A stretch of DNA of 64,000 nucleotides from positions 5,038,907-5,102,906 of the forward strand of contig CAVNZM010000001.1 in NCBI GenBank assembly GCA_963693365.1. Direction: 5' to 3'. Source of the DNA: Amoebidium appalachense. Taxonomy: Eukaryota; Protista; Ichthyosporea. This document shows positions 13,086 through 46,692 of the stretch, one piece after another. Position numbers and translations under genes: made by a program. The first letter of the stretch is position 1; every line of letters begins with the position of its first letter. The notes beneath the pieces were generated by a model. The model did not search any database, was not told where the DNA came from, and was given only the letters and a program-made list of their open reading frames with translations.

Positions 13086-14564
13086 GGGGGGGGGGAGGAT
13101 GCAGAAATCACATTTTGTAGGGGGGTTATTGGATCAAACATGCTTCCACGGTGTTGGTGCACACTATTGGTAAACATGCACACACACACACACACAGGTG
13201 GATATGCCAGTGATCTCCCACCTCGTGGCATGCCGGAGTGGAATCAAATTGATGACTTGATGGTCCGTCAAATGAATTCCGGGCCGGCTGATTTTGGGCC
13301 CGAGCCTGGATTCGGCCCGGATGTGAGCTTTGCACCACCCGAATTGGTGTTTGGGGGCCATAACGATCAGTTTGTGCCCAAAAAGAGTCTGGCATCGAGA
13401 TTTCAACAGAACCAGGTATGTGTGTGTGTGTGTGTGTTTGTGTGTGTGTGCGTGCGTGCGTGTTTGCGTGCTTGCGTGCTTGTGCGCGTGTCTGCGTGTC
13501 TTCGTGTCTGCGCCTGGTATGTTTGTGCATGTCATTCTATTGCCTCTGCGTATGTATGCCTGTGCCGGTGCGGGTGTATATTGCAGGAGCATGTGCCTGT
13601 GTGTTTGTGTCTGTAGCATGATTTTTTACTATATTTCCTCTCGAGATTCACACATGAATATCTGCCCCCTAAGGTTTGGCCATGTAGAAGTGCAAGCATT
13701 AATTTTATCTGCAGCACTTGAGCTCCTCACGCGCACACACATCACAATAGTGTGTCCTCTTCACACAAGCAAGCAGGAAATAGTTGGCCAGCCACTGAGC
13801 TCCCCCCCCCCCCCCCCCCCCCCAAACCCCCACCTCCACCACACACCCTCCCGCCTGCCTCTCTACAGGAGGTACGGCGCACAGCAAGCATGTCGAGTCT
13901 CCACACAGTCCGCAAAATGGACAGTCCGGGCAGTGTGGATGGTATCGCATCTCCCCTCAACTACGGCACAGGGCCCAACCCCGCCCACTACCACCCGGGC
14001 CTTGCACCCACCCAAGGATACCCACACCCCCCAACCGCATCCGGCGCATTTTCGCCAACGGATTTGTCGAGCCCCCACCATCAAAGACAAAGATCGCAAA
14101 CTTTCGGCTCCCTCCACTCACCTAGCGGGGGGGTTTATAACAGCCATGTCATAGCAAGCCCGATATCGCGTCCACGGGCAAACACTTATCTTTCCGCACC
14201 TAGTCGTGAACAAGGGTTTGGACATTTCGGCAATCAAGCCCCCTCGCAGTGGGGAGCAGACAGACAGACCAATTGGGATAGTTTGGTAAACGCTGCGGTC
14301 GATGCATCGATCATGAGTCCAAATTTGGGCCGTAGCCAACCAAATTTGGCAACTATGCCACTCGATGACCAATCATATGCCATGAATATTGGAGGGGGCG
14401 GTATGGGTTTTGGGGGATCGATGAACGATTTCGGATTGCTCGGAACCGGGTCGATGGAATACAGAAACGATGGGGGGATCGATCAGGGGGGATTCAATGT
14501 GAATATGGCCACTAGTGATGAGATTATGGCCAATACGATGGCTAACCGTCTGCTCTACGGTTAG
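9363..14564 (+). CDS. Single C2H2 zinc-finger transcription factor, Con7-like basic+finger module, ~526 aa with a long S/P/G/M-rich C-terminus
   Basis: Phase-consistent exons 9363-9677, 10250-10341, 11235-11380, 11828-11941, 13198-13415, 13869-14564. The finger CPWPECQRCYASKHALQLHMK|NKH is completed only across intron 1 and is preceded by an acidic patch and KKKKRKRRPYSELTR. Confidence 0.85.
12425..12530 (+). repeat. Dispersed intronic repeat, copy 2
   Basis: Near-identical to 742-847. Confidence 0.9.
12644..12875 (+). repeat. 116-bp tandem duplication in zinc-finger gene intron 4
   Basis: 12644-12759 and 12760-12875 differ at one visible base (TTGAG/TTGAA). Confidence 0.92.
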
Positions 14565-15798
14565 AATTCCCCTCGACCTACTGATGTACAATACAACCAA
14601 CCACCTCTCTTCGTTCCTCACCATCTACCACCAGTATTCTGTGGCATTGAATAACATATATATATATCACCCTCCCTTATAAAGATAGTCACACAAACAT
14701 CATGTGGTTGAGAGTTAGTTGGGTAGCGTATGGACCAAAGCCTCTCCGACCATGTACAGGACTGGTATGAATGGCCGAGGTTATTTTAGGTACCACTAGT
14801 CTAAATATACACTTTCTTTTGGAGTGGCAAATCCCAAAGATACAATATTGCATGCCATAGACCCGTCAACATCTGAATCTGTTCACCTTGCATTCACTGG
14901 AAAATCTGCAGCTGTAGATCACGAAACCCCATAGGCTTGGTCTTAGGTGAAATATTTTCTTTTTTCTTCCTTGTATAACACGGGCCGGGTCATCTCTGCA
15001 CACAACACGTGTGGCGAAGCAGGTATTCATATGCCTTAGTAGAGTATATAGTTATTTTTATACCTCCTCATGGGTTAGTGTAGCTTGCATGATTTTGCTG
15101 TGTTTTGATTGGGCATTAAGAAGGTGAGGTATGCACTTACCTTTTTACTTGCACCTGCCGCCTTGCTTTGTTGGAACCTTGCAGTAGTATAAACATACAA
15201 ACATGTAGTTATTGTTTTGTCTGCTTAGTTGTATTGGAACAATGTTGTTCTTTTCATTATTTATCATGAGTTATAGACCTTGATCTTTTATGTTGTATTT
15301 TTCATTCTTATCCATTTTGGTTGTATCTTCTTTTTTCTTTGACGGGAGGGGGGGGGGGGGGGGGGGAGGGAGGGGGGAGGGAGGGGATTGGGCATAATGT
15401 AACCACCTGCACACACACGGGGTACGTGACCTAGTACACAGTACACCACACACACACACAAGCGCACACACAAAAGTTCACACACCGCATAAGAAGGCAG
15501 TGGAAAGTCAATGTGCTTCCTCGAGTAACCATAATGACTTTGTTGTGAATCTAGAAGCAATAAACCAGCGTGCAACACGCTATAGATGCAGTATCCCTGA
15601 GCTTGTAATAAGTAGCCACCGTAGCTATAGTGCCCCAGTGGCAAACATAATGTCCCTAAACATGAGTAAACCGGGAATTAAACGAAAAAACTATGCTGTG
15701 TGCACGTGATCCTATAATTGCGCAGTCTTTCCCGCTAACTGCTTGGATCATATTCATCATCATGCTATTCTTTGAACGCACCTGAGCGCACGGTGACC

Positions 15799-21624
<5,826 letters not shown>

Positions 21625-23208
21625 TTTCCCTGAGAGAACTTATGCTCCTTCTTTAGGTCTCCGCCTAAGATGTATTCATAGTTACTGTCCTCCTTATGCT
21701 TGGATCCTGGGTATACACGTAGAACGGGGATTTGAAGATTTGTAATGGCGATTAGCGCGTCCGGTGCATTTTTTGCTTTCTCTCGCTCCAAGTGTAGGCA
21801 AGCACTGTTGTACCTTCGAGTGCACAAACCACACCACACCGCTTCTTGGATAGGTATTGAACATGTGCCTTTTCCTGCCAATTCCTGCCGTGGCAGTATG
21901 CGGCCTTATGGGTGGGTGTATAGCATGGGCCCGGTGAAACAACTTGTATCAGAGTCAAGTCATTAAGCCATTAAAATAAAATGTGATATTTGCTGTCACA
22001 CGGTGACACTCGAACGGTACAGAGTAGGGCCTAGGTTGGAAATTCGACGTAGCAACGAAAATGAGCGTTTGCGTAAATGCCTGCCCTGGAATTATAATGA
22101 TATCGGTGTTTATTTATTGACACGCTTGTTTCGCTTACCGCTGCTTCACATAAAAATTCTACTTCAAGATTCTCAGGGCCAATTACAATGATCTTTCCCT
22201 AAAAATAATGTTTTTCTAATTTACCCAGACAAAAACTTTTTATTTGTTTTCTTGACAAGCTTTGTTGTTAGAGCTTGACACTGATTACGTTATCGGCAGA
22301 ATTAAAACAGCCAATCATTATTGCGGCTCAAAGTGGAGCAGAGGAGGGCAAAAAGCACCAGCTAAAGCAAACGCACATGCACCCCTCATCGACAAAAACA
22401 TGTGCGAGCAAGCTGTCAAGACACGCACCCAGTTGGCAGGGATAGCACAACAAAAACGAGACCACGAACTTAGACCAGGTAGTGGTTGTCAGTCATCGGA
22501 TGTTTTCTCTCTCTTTATTTGTTGTGTCAACTTTGCTTTCGAGAGCTGGATCCTGATCCACACCCACATCATCCTATTTTTATGACCCGGTGTTGAATAA
22601 ATTACACGGTGACTTGTTGCTGACGTTTATTTACATAGCTTCTTCTCTGGATCCGACACCCTACCAATTTACACTTTGTTACGTAGAATATCAAGATTTA
22701 ACCAAAAAAAGAAGAACTAATATTAGGAGCTTTTCCAGCTCTGAATGACCGCCGCTGTATTTAACCTTTGTGCTGTGCTGGTGGATCTTTGCGTGCCAAA
22801 CGAAGTGAAAGACCGTGACCTAAGATTCACAAGCTGGAAAGGTGTGCTTCTCCGTACCGGGTCACGGTGTCACACACACAGGTTCGGGTTCAACTTTTAC
22901 AATACTGGAATTTTTGCTTTCTTCTGCCTTTTCCTCCTCTTTTTATGCGTTCTGATCTTGATCTTGGATCCTTCGAAGGCAAGAGGTGAAATCGCAAGAT
23001 TCCACTACTTGCTCTCGTGAGGCTTCCCCGAAACTGAAATTTCATCTCAGTGATCCTTGAATTATCTAACAATGAGCGGCTAATTGTCACCAAAACGAAA
23101 ATAGATACCTTTAGGACGAGTAAGGCTGAGTGGAAGAGTGGGTGGGTGGCTCAATTCGCGTTGGGCAGCAGGGGGCCAAGCGGGGGACTCGGAAGGGGAA
23201 GTTTTTTG

Positions 23209-23256
23209 TGCCCGTGTGGTGCACACGAAGTCTGCCCGTGTGGTGCACACGAAGTC
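23209..23256 (+). repeat. Perfect 24-bp tandem repeat just upstream of ATG 23298, in the divergent intergenic region
   Basis: TGCCCGTGTGGTGCACACGAAGTC x2. Confidence 0.9.
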
Positions 23257-23297
23257 CCCCCTTTCTCGCAAAAAAGAACCACTTTATTGAGCAGGAA

Positions 23298-29119
<5,822 letters not shown>

Positions 29120-29501
29120 CTTCAAATATACGGTTTTTATCCCCTCTTAGTGTTACAGCCTTATTTTGTTCGGTTTGCTAATCGTGGTGTATTGTTTGGT
29201 TTGATAGTACTGGGTTCTTGACTTGTTGTATGGATGGTGGGCAGAAGCATGGGTGGTTGGACACGTGTGTGTATGTATGTCATATCTGGGTGTGTGTGTA
29301 TGTCAAAGGTGGCATTCGGGTCGTGTTTTGTCGTTCCGGTGTGGCATGGCATGGGAGAATGGGCATGCAGTGTGTGGGGAGTGTTTGTGTCTTGGTCATT
29401 TTTGCATTGTGGATGTTCGGGTGTTTGGACTAAAGCACATGTGGTGCTGGCCGCGTTTTTTTGTTGTTGTTGTTGTGTTTTGTTTGTGTGTGTGTGGCTG
29501 T

Positions 29502-29554
<53 letters not shown>

Positions 29555-30184
29555 GTGTGTGGGGGAAGGGGGGGGGGAAGGGAGGAAGGAGGAGGGGGGG
29601 GGGGGGGGAGGGGGGGGGGGGGGGGGGGGAGGGGGGAGTGACAAATAGAGAGTCTAATAGAAATAAGATTTACCTTCTGTCTACCACCGCAAATGATCGT
29701 AGGACACATTTATCGAAGGAGATATACACTGTTTTATCAGTACGTGTTGATGCACGTTAGCCTTAGAACTAGTAACCTCACCATAGGCTCTGGCTCTAGC
29801 CCTGTGTTTTTTTGTTTTTTCTCGATCGTTGGACATCGGTTGACAATATTAGCTTGCAGCCAAAAAAAAAAATTTACTGGCAGTTAGATGGCAATGTACC
29901 TATGGCTTATGCTGTATGTTGTTACTCTTACGCTCGATACGCAGTCGTATTACGATTAGATAGCTTCCAAACCCGAATACGTATGAATTAATATTAACAA
30001 AATGCCTTGAAAATTCATAGTCACGGTGCATGTCTGATTGTGCACGAGGCTCTGTTTCTGCAGGTGGATGGGGTGTGGCTGGGTTGGTCACCCACAGGAG
30101 CGTACAACCACTCTGAAAAAATCACACACACACACAGAGAGAGTATGAAAGAGAGAGCTGAGGCGCCATGGACGTGTGTGCGTG

Positions 30185-30254
<70 letters not shown>

Positions 30255-30544
30255 CGCAAATGATGGTAGTGGTGAGCTGTGGTTACGGGTTGGGTGACGG
30301 GGGAGGGGGGGGGGGGGGGGGGGGGGGAGATGGGAGGTGGGGAGGGGAGGGGATAGCTGAGGCGAAGACGAGAGGTTTCATTGGATGATTTGTGGAGTAA
30401 GTGCACAAATGGCAGCACATGCACCCACGTGAGTTGGAGTCACCACCTTTATGATCATAAGGCATGTAAGCCGCACAAATGAATGCGCACGAGTGTCCCC
30501 CTTCCCTCCCCCTCCCTCCTTCCCTCACCCTCACCCCTTTTCCC

Positions 30545-30581
<37 letters not shown>

Positions 30582-31305
30582 TTCTCCCCGGGCAGGGGGC
30601 CTCCGATCTAGCAAACCTACCTCTCGCTTAACTTTGACGTTTTCCTCACCACCACCGTGACACGTCCCTTTAGTAAATTAGCTAGCCGTAAAGTGATTTT
30701 CAATCGAATATGTCTCCAACCTTCCCCCCCCCCACCCCCCCCTCCCCCCCTCCCCTCAGCCGCCGTGTTTCCAACAACTCACCCTCTCCTCCCCTCCACC
30801 CCTCCCCCATCCCCTCTCTTCCGGCCTTCTCCCCCCCCCCCTCCCCTCCCCTCCCCCCCCCCCCCCCCCCCCCCCCACCCCCCTCCCCCGCAAAGTTGGG
30901 AGGGGATAAGGGGAATGGGGGGTGGGGGGTGGGGGTGGGGGCTGTGTATGCGAGTTTAGGAACCCATGTTGGAAGTATGCGCGTGTGACTGTGCATGGGT
31001 AATTGATGGGCATTTAACTGGTTCTGTATAGAACTGGTGTGTTTGCGTGAATTCTTCTTTTCATTTTCGCACTTCTATACCCTCCTGCCTCCTTCCCCCC
31101 GCCCACTTCCCTCTTTCCCTCCCCCCTCCGCCCCCCTCCTCCCTCCCCTCCTCCCCTCCCCTCACTCCCGAAAACTATTTTCTATTCCTTTTTCTTGTTT
31201 CCTATTTTATTTCTAGTGAGCGCCTTCTCTCTTTCCGCGCGCGCGCACGCGCGTGCGTGTGTGGTTCAGATATGGTACCTGTGGTGATGGTGGTGGGTGG
31301 AGGGC

Positions 31306-31350
<45 letters not shown>

Positions 31351-31428
31351 GGGGGGGGGGGGGGGGGAGGAGGGAGGGAACACGTAACCTCGGAGGTGGG
31401 GTAGGTGGGTGGAAAGCTGTGGGTTGGG

Positions 31429-31463
<35 letters not shown>

Positions 31464-31894
31464 AGGAAAGGTACAGCTGGCCCACGTAAGTCGAGAAAAA
31501 TGGGGAGATGAAGCTGAAGGACGGGGAGAAGTGGGGTAAGGGGGAAGGGGAGAGGAGAGAGGAACAAAAAGCAAGCTAAAGCCCCCCTACAGGCCAACTC
31601 TCGTTGTGGAACTTCCTCGAGCCGAGGGCCCGAACCGTTCCCGTTTAGGCTTATATATATATATTTTTTTATTTTTTTATTTTTTTTTTGGGGGGGGGGG
31701 GGGGGGATCCAAACATCTCACGCACGCACCATGTCCCACCACATTCTAGTTGGCAAGATGGACGGCAGCTACAGTGTAAGTTTGGGTGCAGGAAATGCTG
31801 CCTATTTTTGTGGCACAAACGGAGCATCACGGCCCGGGCCAGGGGCCGCCCGGCCGATGACAAACTTGGCGACTCGCAAACTTGGGCATGCAGT

Positions 31895-32012
31895 AAAAAA
31901 TGTAAACAGAGATGGCTTCACGTCGTACATTGGTTTAGAACGCATCATTTTATCCGTTTACCTATATATAGTAACATATAAGAAGGTATGATTGGATGTA
32001 CTAATGATTGGT
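31895..32012 (+). promoter_or_regulatory. Putative core promoter of paralog A (TATA-like CCTATATATA, three ATTGG/CCAAT boxes)
   Basis: About 330 bp upstream of ATG 32299; a homologous block is conserved at 42258-42365 for paralog B. Confidence 0.5.
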
Positions 32013-32298
32013 TACAAGAGCTTGTTTTTTGAGCACCGGGAAAGTTCGGGTACACACTGCACAGTACTATGTAGTACACGCACGTGAAGTGTTTGAAGGC
32101 ACCTTTGTTCTACTGCACATACCGTTCACACCGCCCAGCAAAAGCTTGGCACATACACACATACTGTGACATACAGGTACCCCTTTATAGACAGCCCAGT
32201 GATATCTCAGATATACAAGCACATGTTCATTTGATTTTGGGGGCACGACAATGTGAAGGCAGCCAATAGCAATAGTCGTGTCCAGCAGCAGGTGAAAG

Positions 32299-38981
<6,683 letters not shown>

Positions 38982-39438
38982 TAAGACTCAGACATGGTGG
39001 AGTTGGCTGTGTGCTGGGTGGAAAGGAACAAAAACTGGAACGGGGACACCGTCTGAGTGTGACATCAGAACCGTTAACATTTGGCATGAGGAAGGAGTGT
39101 AAGGAATCTGGTTCTTGTATTCGAGTAGCTTTGTATTTATTGATGTAACAAAGTCCCAGGGTGGCTTCTTACAGGACGAGAAAATTTCAAAGCATACTGT
39201 ATATTACGTAGCTCCTGGTGTGATATAATGTAGCGAAACATTTAGCATCATTGAAGAACGCCTTAGGTGAATGGGGTCGAGCTGAATCTGGGGGCCTGAG
39301 AGAGAGTGCAGGATCGGAAACCTGAATGTGCATTCCCCTTGGTCACTGCTTGTTTGCTTCGAGAGAAGCTATTTTTATGCACTAAAAAAGAGAAGACATC
39401 GGGGAGGGAGGATTGGAAAGCTCGGTATCAGTTTTTGT

Positions 39439-39475
<37 letters not shown>

Positions 39476-39740
39476 CCTTTATTTTTTCTTTTTTCCCTTC
39501 ATCCCCCCCCTCCCCCTTTTTTTTTTGTCAGTCGGGACCCGGAACCCTCCCCCCCCTTCCTCCCCTACCCCAACCAAAAACCGTTGGGAGACCGAGGCCC
39601 CACCTACCCACTTGGGGCCATTTTAAACGTGCCCTACAGCTAGCTAGGCCTCAAACACATCCACATGTACCCATCCGGGTTTTTGTGGGCCACGATGGGC
39701 GCGTTAGGCGGACTTCTGGTGCCAGCCTCAAGTTCGGTGG

Positions 39741-41277
<1,537 letters not shown>

Positions 41278-41320
41278 TTCGGTGGGGGGGGGTTGTTCGG
41301 TGGTCCGGTTGGTGCTGGTG

Positions 41321-41536
41321 CTGGTGACCCGACCTGCAACCCGCGCGGGTCGCGGATCGGGTCGGGCACCCGTGGCTATTTTGCCCTGACCCGAGCGCGT
41401 TTTTGACCCGACAGGTCAGACCCGAACCCGACCCGATGGCAGGCCATGACCCGCCATTCGGCCTCGGGTCACTGATCAGACTGTAGTCATTGTGTGTGTG
41501 TGCGCGCGCGTGTGTGCGTAGGCGTGTGTGTATGTG

Positions 41537-41627
<91 letters not shown>

Positions 41628-41833
41628 CTAGCGCGCGCCCCACGGTGTGTGTGAATCACGGTGTGTTCAGTGTGTACATGTGTGGGTGATTGTGTGTGCG
41701 GACTGGCCTGTGTAGGTTGCATGTGTGTGTACGTACATGTGTGCCGGCGTGTGTGTGTGTGTGTGCTTGTGTGTGCACGTAGGTGTGTATTCTTGTATTT
41801 TGTGTGTGTGTCTGTGTGTACATGTGTGTGTAA

Positions 41834-41865
<32 letters not shown>

Positions 41866-42238
41866 GTACCAGTGAGTGTGTATGCGTGGATGGTGCCTGA
41901 ACGTGCTTATGTGTAAGTCCGTGACTGTGTGTGCCTATAGATCGGTGCGCTGCATGTGCACTGGTTTTATTAAGGCTTGTATACGTGCCTAGTGCATGCA
42001 CATGCACGGCTACTCCCGAGGTTCAAGGATGCAAACACTGGAATTCCCGAGGTTTTGGCATTGGCAGTAGCAACAGTGGCAAACCCGCGGGTCAACCCGC
42101 GGGTCAACCCGACGCCAAGTTGGTCAACCCGCGACCCGACCCGAGCGGTGATAGGGTTGAACCCGACCCGACCGGACCCGAGGGCAAAGGCCAAAACCCG
42201 ACCCGCGATCCGCCCGCACCTGAGGTGACACATCCCTG
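41321..42238. mobile_element. Second hAT-like non-autonomous element, left end eroded, microsatellite-filled
   Basis: GACCCG/CGGGTC subterminal motif clusters at both ends; right terminus ...GACACATCCCTG (rc CAGGGATGTGTC). No exact TSD (CTGGTGCT vs CTGGTGGT). Confidence 0.55.
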
Positions 42239-42257
42239 CTGGTGGTGCGAAAGCAAC

Positions 42258-42365
42258 GAAAAAATGTAAACAGAGATAGCTGAGCGTCGTGTCAATTGGT
42301 TTAGAGCGCACCAGTATATCAAATTACCTATATATGGTAACACATTAACAAATATAATTGGATAA
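42258..42365 (+). promoter_or_regulatory. Displaced homolog of the paralog A core-promoter block
   Basis: AAAAAATGTAAACAGAGAT...ATTGGTTTAGA.CGCA...TTACCTATATAT.GTAACA...ATTGGAT aligns with 31895-31997 but lies ~4.5 kb from ATG 46873. Confidence 0.55.
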
Positions 42366-42402
42366 AATTATGACCCAGTTTGCGTCAAGGCCTCCTATAT
42401 AC

Positions 42403-42691
42403 TGGGGCTAACAGGGCCGCGGCACGATATGTACAAGTAGGTCTGTGCGCCGGCTGTCGCCGGCGCCAAAACATAACGAGACAGTTATTGATGTTGGGTT
42501 GTGTAGTTGTTACCTCCCCTCTCCCCTCCCCCCCCGCCCCCCCCCCCCCCCTCCCTCGCCTCACGCTCCCCCCCCCCCCCCCTGGCCCCCCCCCCTCACG
42601 CTTCCTCCCCCTCCCCCCCCCCCCCCCCCCCCCCCCAAAATGCTGCAGTTGCTGGATCTGCCAAATGTTATGACCCTTTTCCCTTTCATTT

Positions 42692-42723
<32 letters not shown>

Positions 42724-42803
42724 TTTCTTGCCACACTGTTGGCGGCGCGGGCCCGGACCCGGCCCGGCCCGCCGTTCTACACGCTGAACCCTTGTTAGCC
42801 CCA
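42403..42803. mobile_element. ~400-bp MITE-like element with 11-bp inverted termini
   Basis: TGGGGCTAACA (42403-42413) / TGTTAGCCCCA (42793-42803) with GGCCCG subterminal motifs; no TSD seen. Confidence 0.4.
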
Positions 42804-43401
42804 AAAAGTGACCTTTAGATCCATGCGCAGCTGCCTTATATAGTATGATCTAAAACTTTTGTCCAATGAAAATCGTTATCGCTCCCAATTTGGAAAGTGA
42901 CTTTCGGGCCAAAAAGCTACCTAATCGGATCGCTAAAACGGCTTGGGTCTCTGCACGGTAGTATACCCGTGACTACTGAACCGGCCCGTATGAAAGGGAT
43001 AGATATACGCGGCAGCGTTTTGATTCCTTTGCCAACTTCATGCCGAGTGAAGGGAGTACTTGCTTGTGTACTTACCCCCCCCCAAATGAAATTTTTTGTG
43101 TTTTTCAATTTAAAGGTTTGGGCATTTCAGGGGCTGAACATTAGCATATATATGAATGACAGTGTATGCGCGCAGCGTGCATGCTTTGGTGTCATCGATT
43201 GCATGATCATGAACATATATCCGGTTTATTTTGTTGTCAAAAAAAAGCATAAGCTATCTCTAATATATAGTAAGCTATGAAGCCCAAATACGGAACGACA
43301 CCCCTCAAACAACAGTTCTTTCCATCAAAGAGCACCCCTATTTCTGGTGTTATCTCTGATCCACACCCGCGCCGCTCTCTGCATGTGGAGCTTATGCCCC
43401 A

Positions 43402-43797
43402 GTGTTATCAGTCTAGGGCCGGGAGATCTAACTGGAGATCTAGAGATTGCCATTGCCGAAGTACCAAGTTTACTTGTGGTCCTCCAAAAACATGTAGCTG
43501 AAAACCACCAAGTGCAATATGTTCTAAATTGTTGCAAAATTTTTATAATATTTTTATTATTTTGTTGTTTTACTTATTTTACAGAACTGTTTGGTAACCC
43601 GATGATATGCATGGACAGGCAATAAAACTTTCCACGTGCACCGAGTGCCAGGTGGGCAACACATTTCAGTGAAGTCTGGAATTGGCACCCCCCCGAAATG
43701 TTCCCGAACATAAAATCATCATTCTACGGTGTGTGTCAATATACCATGCTCACAAGTCAGTACTGCAATTATACTATTCTCAGTTTACTTCAAAGCA

Positions 43798-43832
<35 letters not shown>

Positions 43833-44311
43833 CCGGCCCTCTTCCCATTCCCTGCCCCCCCAGATTTTTTTTTTATGCTTTTCATACTCAGCGACTGCAT
43901 CATGGCACCCGTGTTTTCTAGATATATTTCCTTTCATTGTGTTCAACGTCTATGTGTGTGTGTGTGTGTGTGTGTGTGCATGTTTGTGTGTGTGTGAATG
44001 TGTGTGTGTGGGCCAAGTGAAGGTTGTATGCGTTTTTTTCTTCTTAGTTGTTTTTGTATTCTATTCGATTATTACTTTGTGTGTAAATGTGGAAAAAAAA
44101 CAAATAAAAAAAATTACCAATGACCACCGCCCAGCTTGAATCACCGTAGCTCTAGTGTAAAAAAATAAATGCATTATCAGTCACAAACCCTTCTCTACAC
44201 TCGCCCCAAATGTCATATTCACATTACTGAGTTGATTTAGTTGTTTTTTTTACTCTATTTTTATTCAACAACTGTCTGCTATTAAAACATTAAAATGTAC
44301 ATGTGTTTGTG
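43402..44311 (+). repeat. ~0.9-kb direct repeat, copy 1
   Basis: Highly similar to 45012-45946 apart from a few indels. Confidence 0.93.
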
Positions 44312-44338
44312 TGTGTGTGTGTGTGTGTGCCACAGGCC

Positions 44339-44377
<39 letters not shown>

Positions 44378-44521
44378 ATATAGAATTTACCGTCCTCATC
44401 CCCGTGTCCCCCTAAACCGGTGTTAGCAGACCTTTGAGGTTTTTGTGATTGGATTGGTAGTTCTATTACATTAATATTTTCAAAATGTCGTTGTACCAAT
44501 GATATAATACGTTGTAAAAAG

Positions 44522-44843
44522 GGCTGCTATTCTATCCTATGATGATGTGAACGAGGAAAACGGGGAGAAGGAAGACATGAACGAGGACGAGCCCGTTGCC
44601 ACCCCTACCAAGAAACGTCAGATGGGGGCAAAGCTTTTCCTGTCGACCGACGACGACGACGTCCCTCTGAGGGATATTGCAGCCATCAAGAAAACCAAGG
44701 ACAACGACAATTTGATGGGCCTCGTCAACTCCGATGTTGACGAGCCCGAGGATTCCAATTCGGAGGGAGAAGACGGTGACGATGACATCGAGGAAGATTA
44801 CGGCTTGCTCGATGGTGCAGCCATTTTCAACGTTGAGGAGTAA
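44522..44843 (+). other. Orphan acidic terminal-exon-like ORF between the 0.9-kb direct repeats
   Basis: AAAAG| acceptor, then about 106 open codons (AAILSYDDVNEENGEKED...TPTKKRQ...DDDDVPLRDI...AAIFNVEE*) with coding-like GC3, followed by AT-rich UTR-like DNA. No upstream exons identified. Confidence 0.5.
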
Positions 44844-45011
44844 CTTCCAGTGCTGCAGTGCCCATAGCCCATTTCCACTATGTATTGTTTGTAATAATAT
44901 ATTTTGATTTATTTGACGTTATCTAATACTATTGGGGATAGAACAAACAAACCAAAACAATGATGTTCTGTTTAGTTGTGGGTATTAATTGCATGGAATT
45001 TTAATAGCACT

Positions 45012-45459
45012 GTGTTATCAGTCTAGGGAGAGATTGCCATTGCCGAAGTACCAAGTTTACTTGTGGTCCTCCAAAAACATGTAGCTGAAAACCACCAAGT
45101 GCAATATGTTCTAAATTGCTTGCAGATTTTTCATAATATTATTATTATCTTGTTGTTTTACTTATTTTACAGAACTGTATGGTAACCCCCTTTATGATAT
45201 GTATGGGCACGCAATAAAACTTTTCATGTGCACTGAGTGCCAGGTGGGCAACATATTTCCGTGCATACTTGCATATCTTTCCGTCGAATAAATCCAGTCA
45301 AAAGAACAAAATATATATATATATATTTCAGTGAAGTCTGGAATTGGCACCCCCCCGAAATGTTCCCGAACATAAAATCATCATTCTACGGTGTGTGTCA
45401 ATATACCATGCTCACAAGTCAGTACTGCAATTATACTATTCTCAGTTTACTTCAAAGCA

Positions 45460-45491
<32 letters not shown>

Positions 45492-45946
45492 CGGCCTCTT
45501 CCCATTCCCTGCCCCCCCAAATTTTTTTAAGTTATGCTTTTCATACTCAGTGACTGCAATCATGGCACCCGTGTTTTCTAGATATATTTCCTTTCATTGT
45601 GTTCAACGTCTATGTGTGTGTGTGTGTGTGTGTGTGTGCATGTTTGTGTGTGTGTGAATGTGTGTGTGTGGGCCAAGTGAAGGTTGTATGCGTTTTTTTC
45701 TTCTTAGTTGTTTTTGGTGTAAATGTGGAAAAAAAACAAATAAAAAAAATTACCAATGACCACCGCCCAGCTTGAATCACCCTAGCTCTAGTGTAAAACA
45801 ATAATCATTATCAGTCACAAACCCTTCTACTACACTCGCCCCAAATGGCATATTCACATTACTGAGTTGATTTAGTTGTATTTTTTACTCTATTTTTATC
45901 CAACAACTGTCTGCTATTAAAACATTAAAATGTACATGTGTTTGTG
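45012..45946 (+). repeat. ~0.9-kb direct repeat, copy 2
   Basis: See 43402-44311. Confidence 0.93.
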
Positions 45947-45950
45947 AGAA

Positions 45951-45993
<43 letters not shown>

Positions 45994-46596
45994 GGGGAGG
46001 CGCGGGGAGGAAGGCAGATAGAGGAGCAAGGATCGAAACAAGGGGAAAGCCATATAACAAGAAAATTAGAGTATATAAATCAGATAGTGTGATTTTAAAT
46101 TTGACTCCACCAACTGTTGCGCTTTACACGTGTAGTGAGCTCTGATCAAAGAAGAAGAAGGGAACAGGCCAGGCTGCACAGTGAGGCTTGCACCTGTGTA
46201 AGTGCAAAGATGTTGACAACAGCGAGCGAAAGAAAAAGTTCTGTAAGAGACATAACAGACAGTAGCTTACCTTAACTACAGAATACTTTAGAAAACTATC
46301 GGTGATGGAAGAGGCAACACGAGGTCTTTAAAATACAATTCAGCCCAAGTGAAATAGTACAACGCTCGGCTTCGCTTTCAAGATGTGAATGATGAATCGT
46401 TTCGCCTTAGCACTATATTTCTACCTCAAAAAATGGCCAGTCACAACCAAAAAATGCAAGTATAATTATCAGTCTTCACTCTCTCCCTGTGTGTGTGTCT
46501 TTCTGAGCCTCTCTCTCTCTCTCTCCCCGACTGTGTGTGTGTGCTTGTGTTTTTTTTTTGGTTTTTCGTTTTCCTGTGACACGTCAGCAATCCACA

Positions 46597-46692
46597 TATA
46601 TCGGGTCGGAATCGGGTCATGGCTCATGGGTATCGTCATTCGGGTCAGTGATTCCGAGTCGGTGTTACGAATTTGTTACGTAACCAACACTG
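46597..46692. mobile_element. Solo hAT-like terminus upstream of paralog B
   Basis: Repeated TCGGGTC motifs ending ...CCAACACTG (rc CAGTGTTGG); partner end and TSD not identified. Confidence 0.35.

Noticed and set aside
22480-22690. Short motif sharing with the hAT-like end at 46597-46692
   Set aside because: Only 10-11 bp matches in mixed orientation; no TIR or TSD definable.
43277-43400. Resemblance of LSLIHTRAALCMWS to the end of a hAT dimerisation domain
   Set aside because: The diagnostic upstream ERxFS motif is absent; similarity is too short to support.
43402-45946. LTR retrotransposon/TRIM interpretation of the 0.9-kb direct repeats
   Set aside because: No TSD, PBS or polypurine tract, and homology extends beyond the TG...CA candidates.
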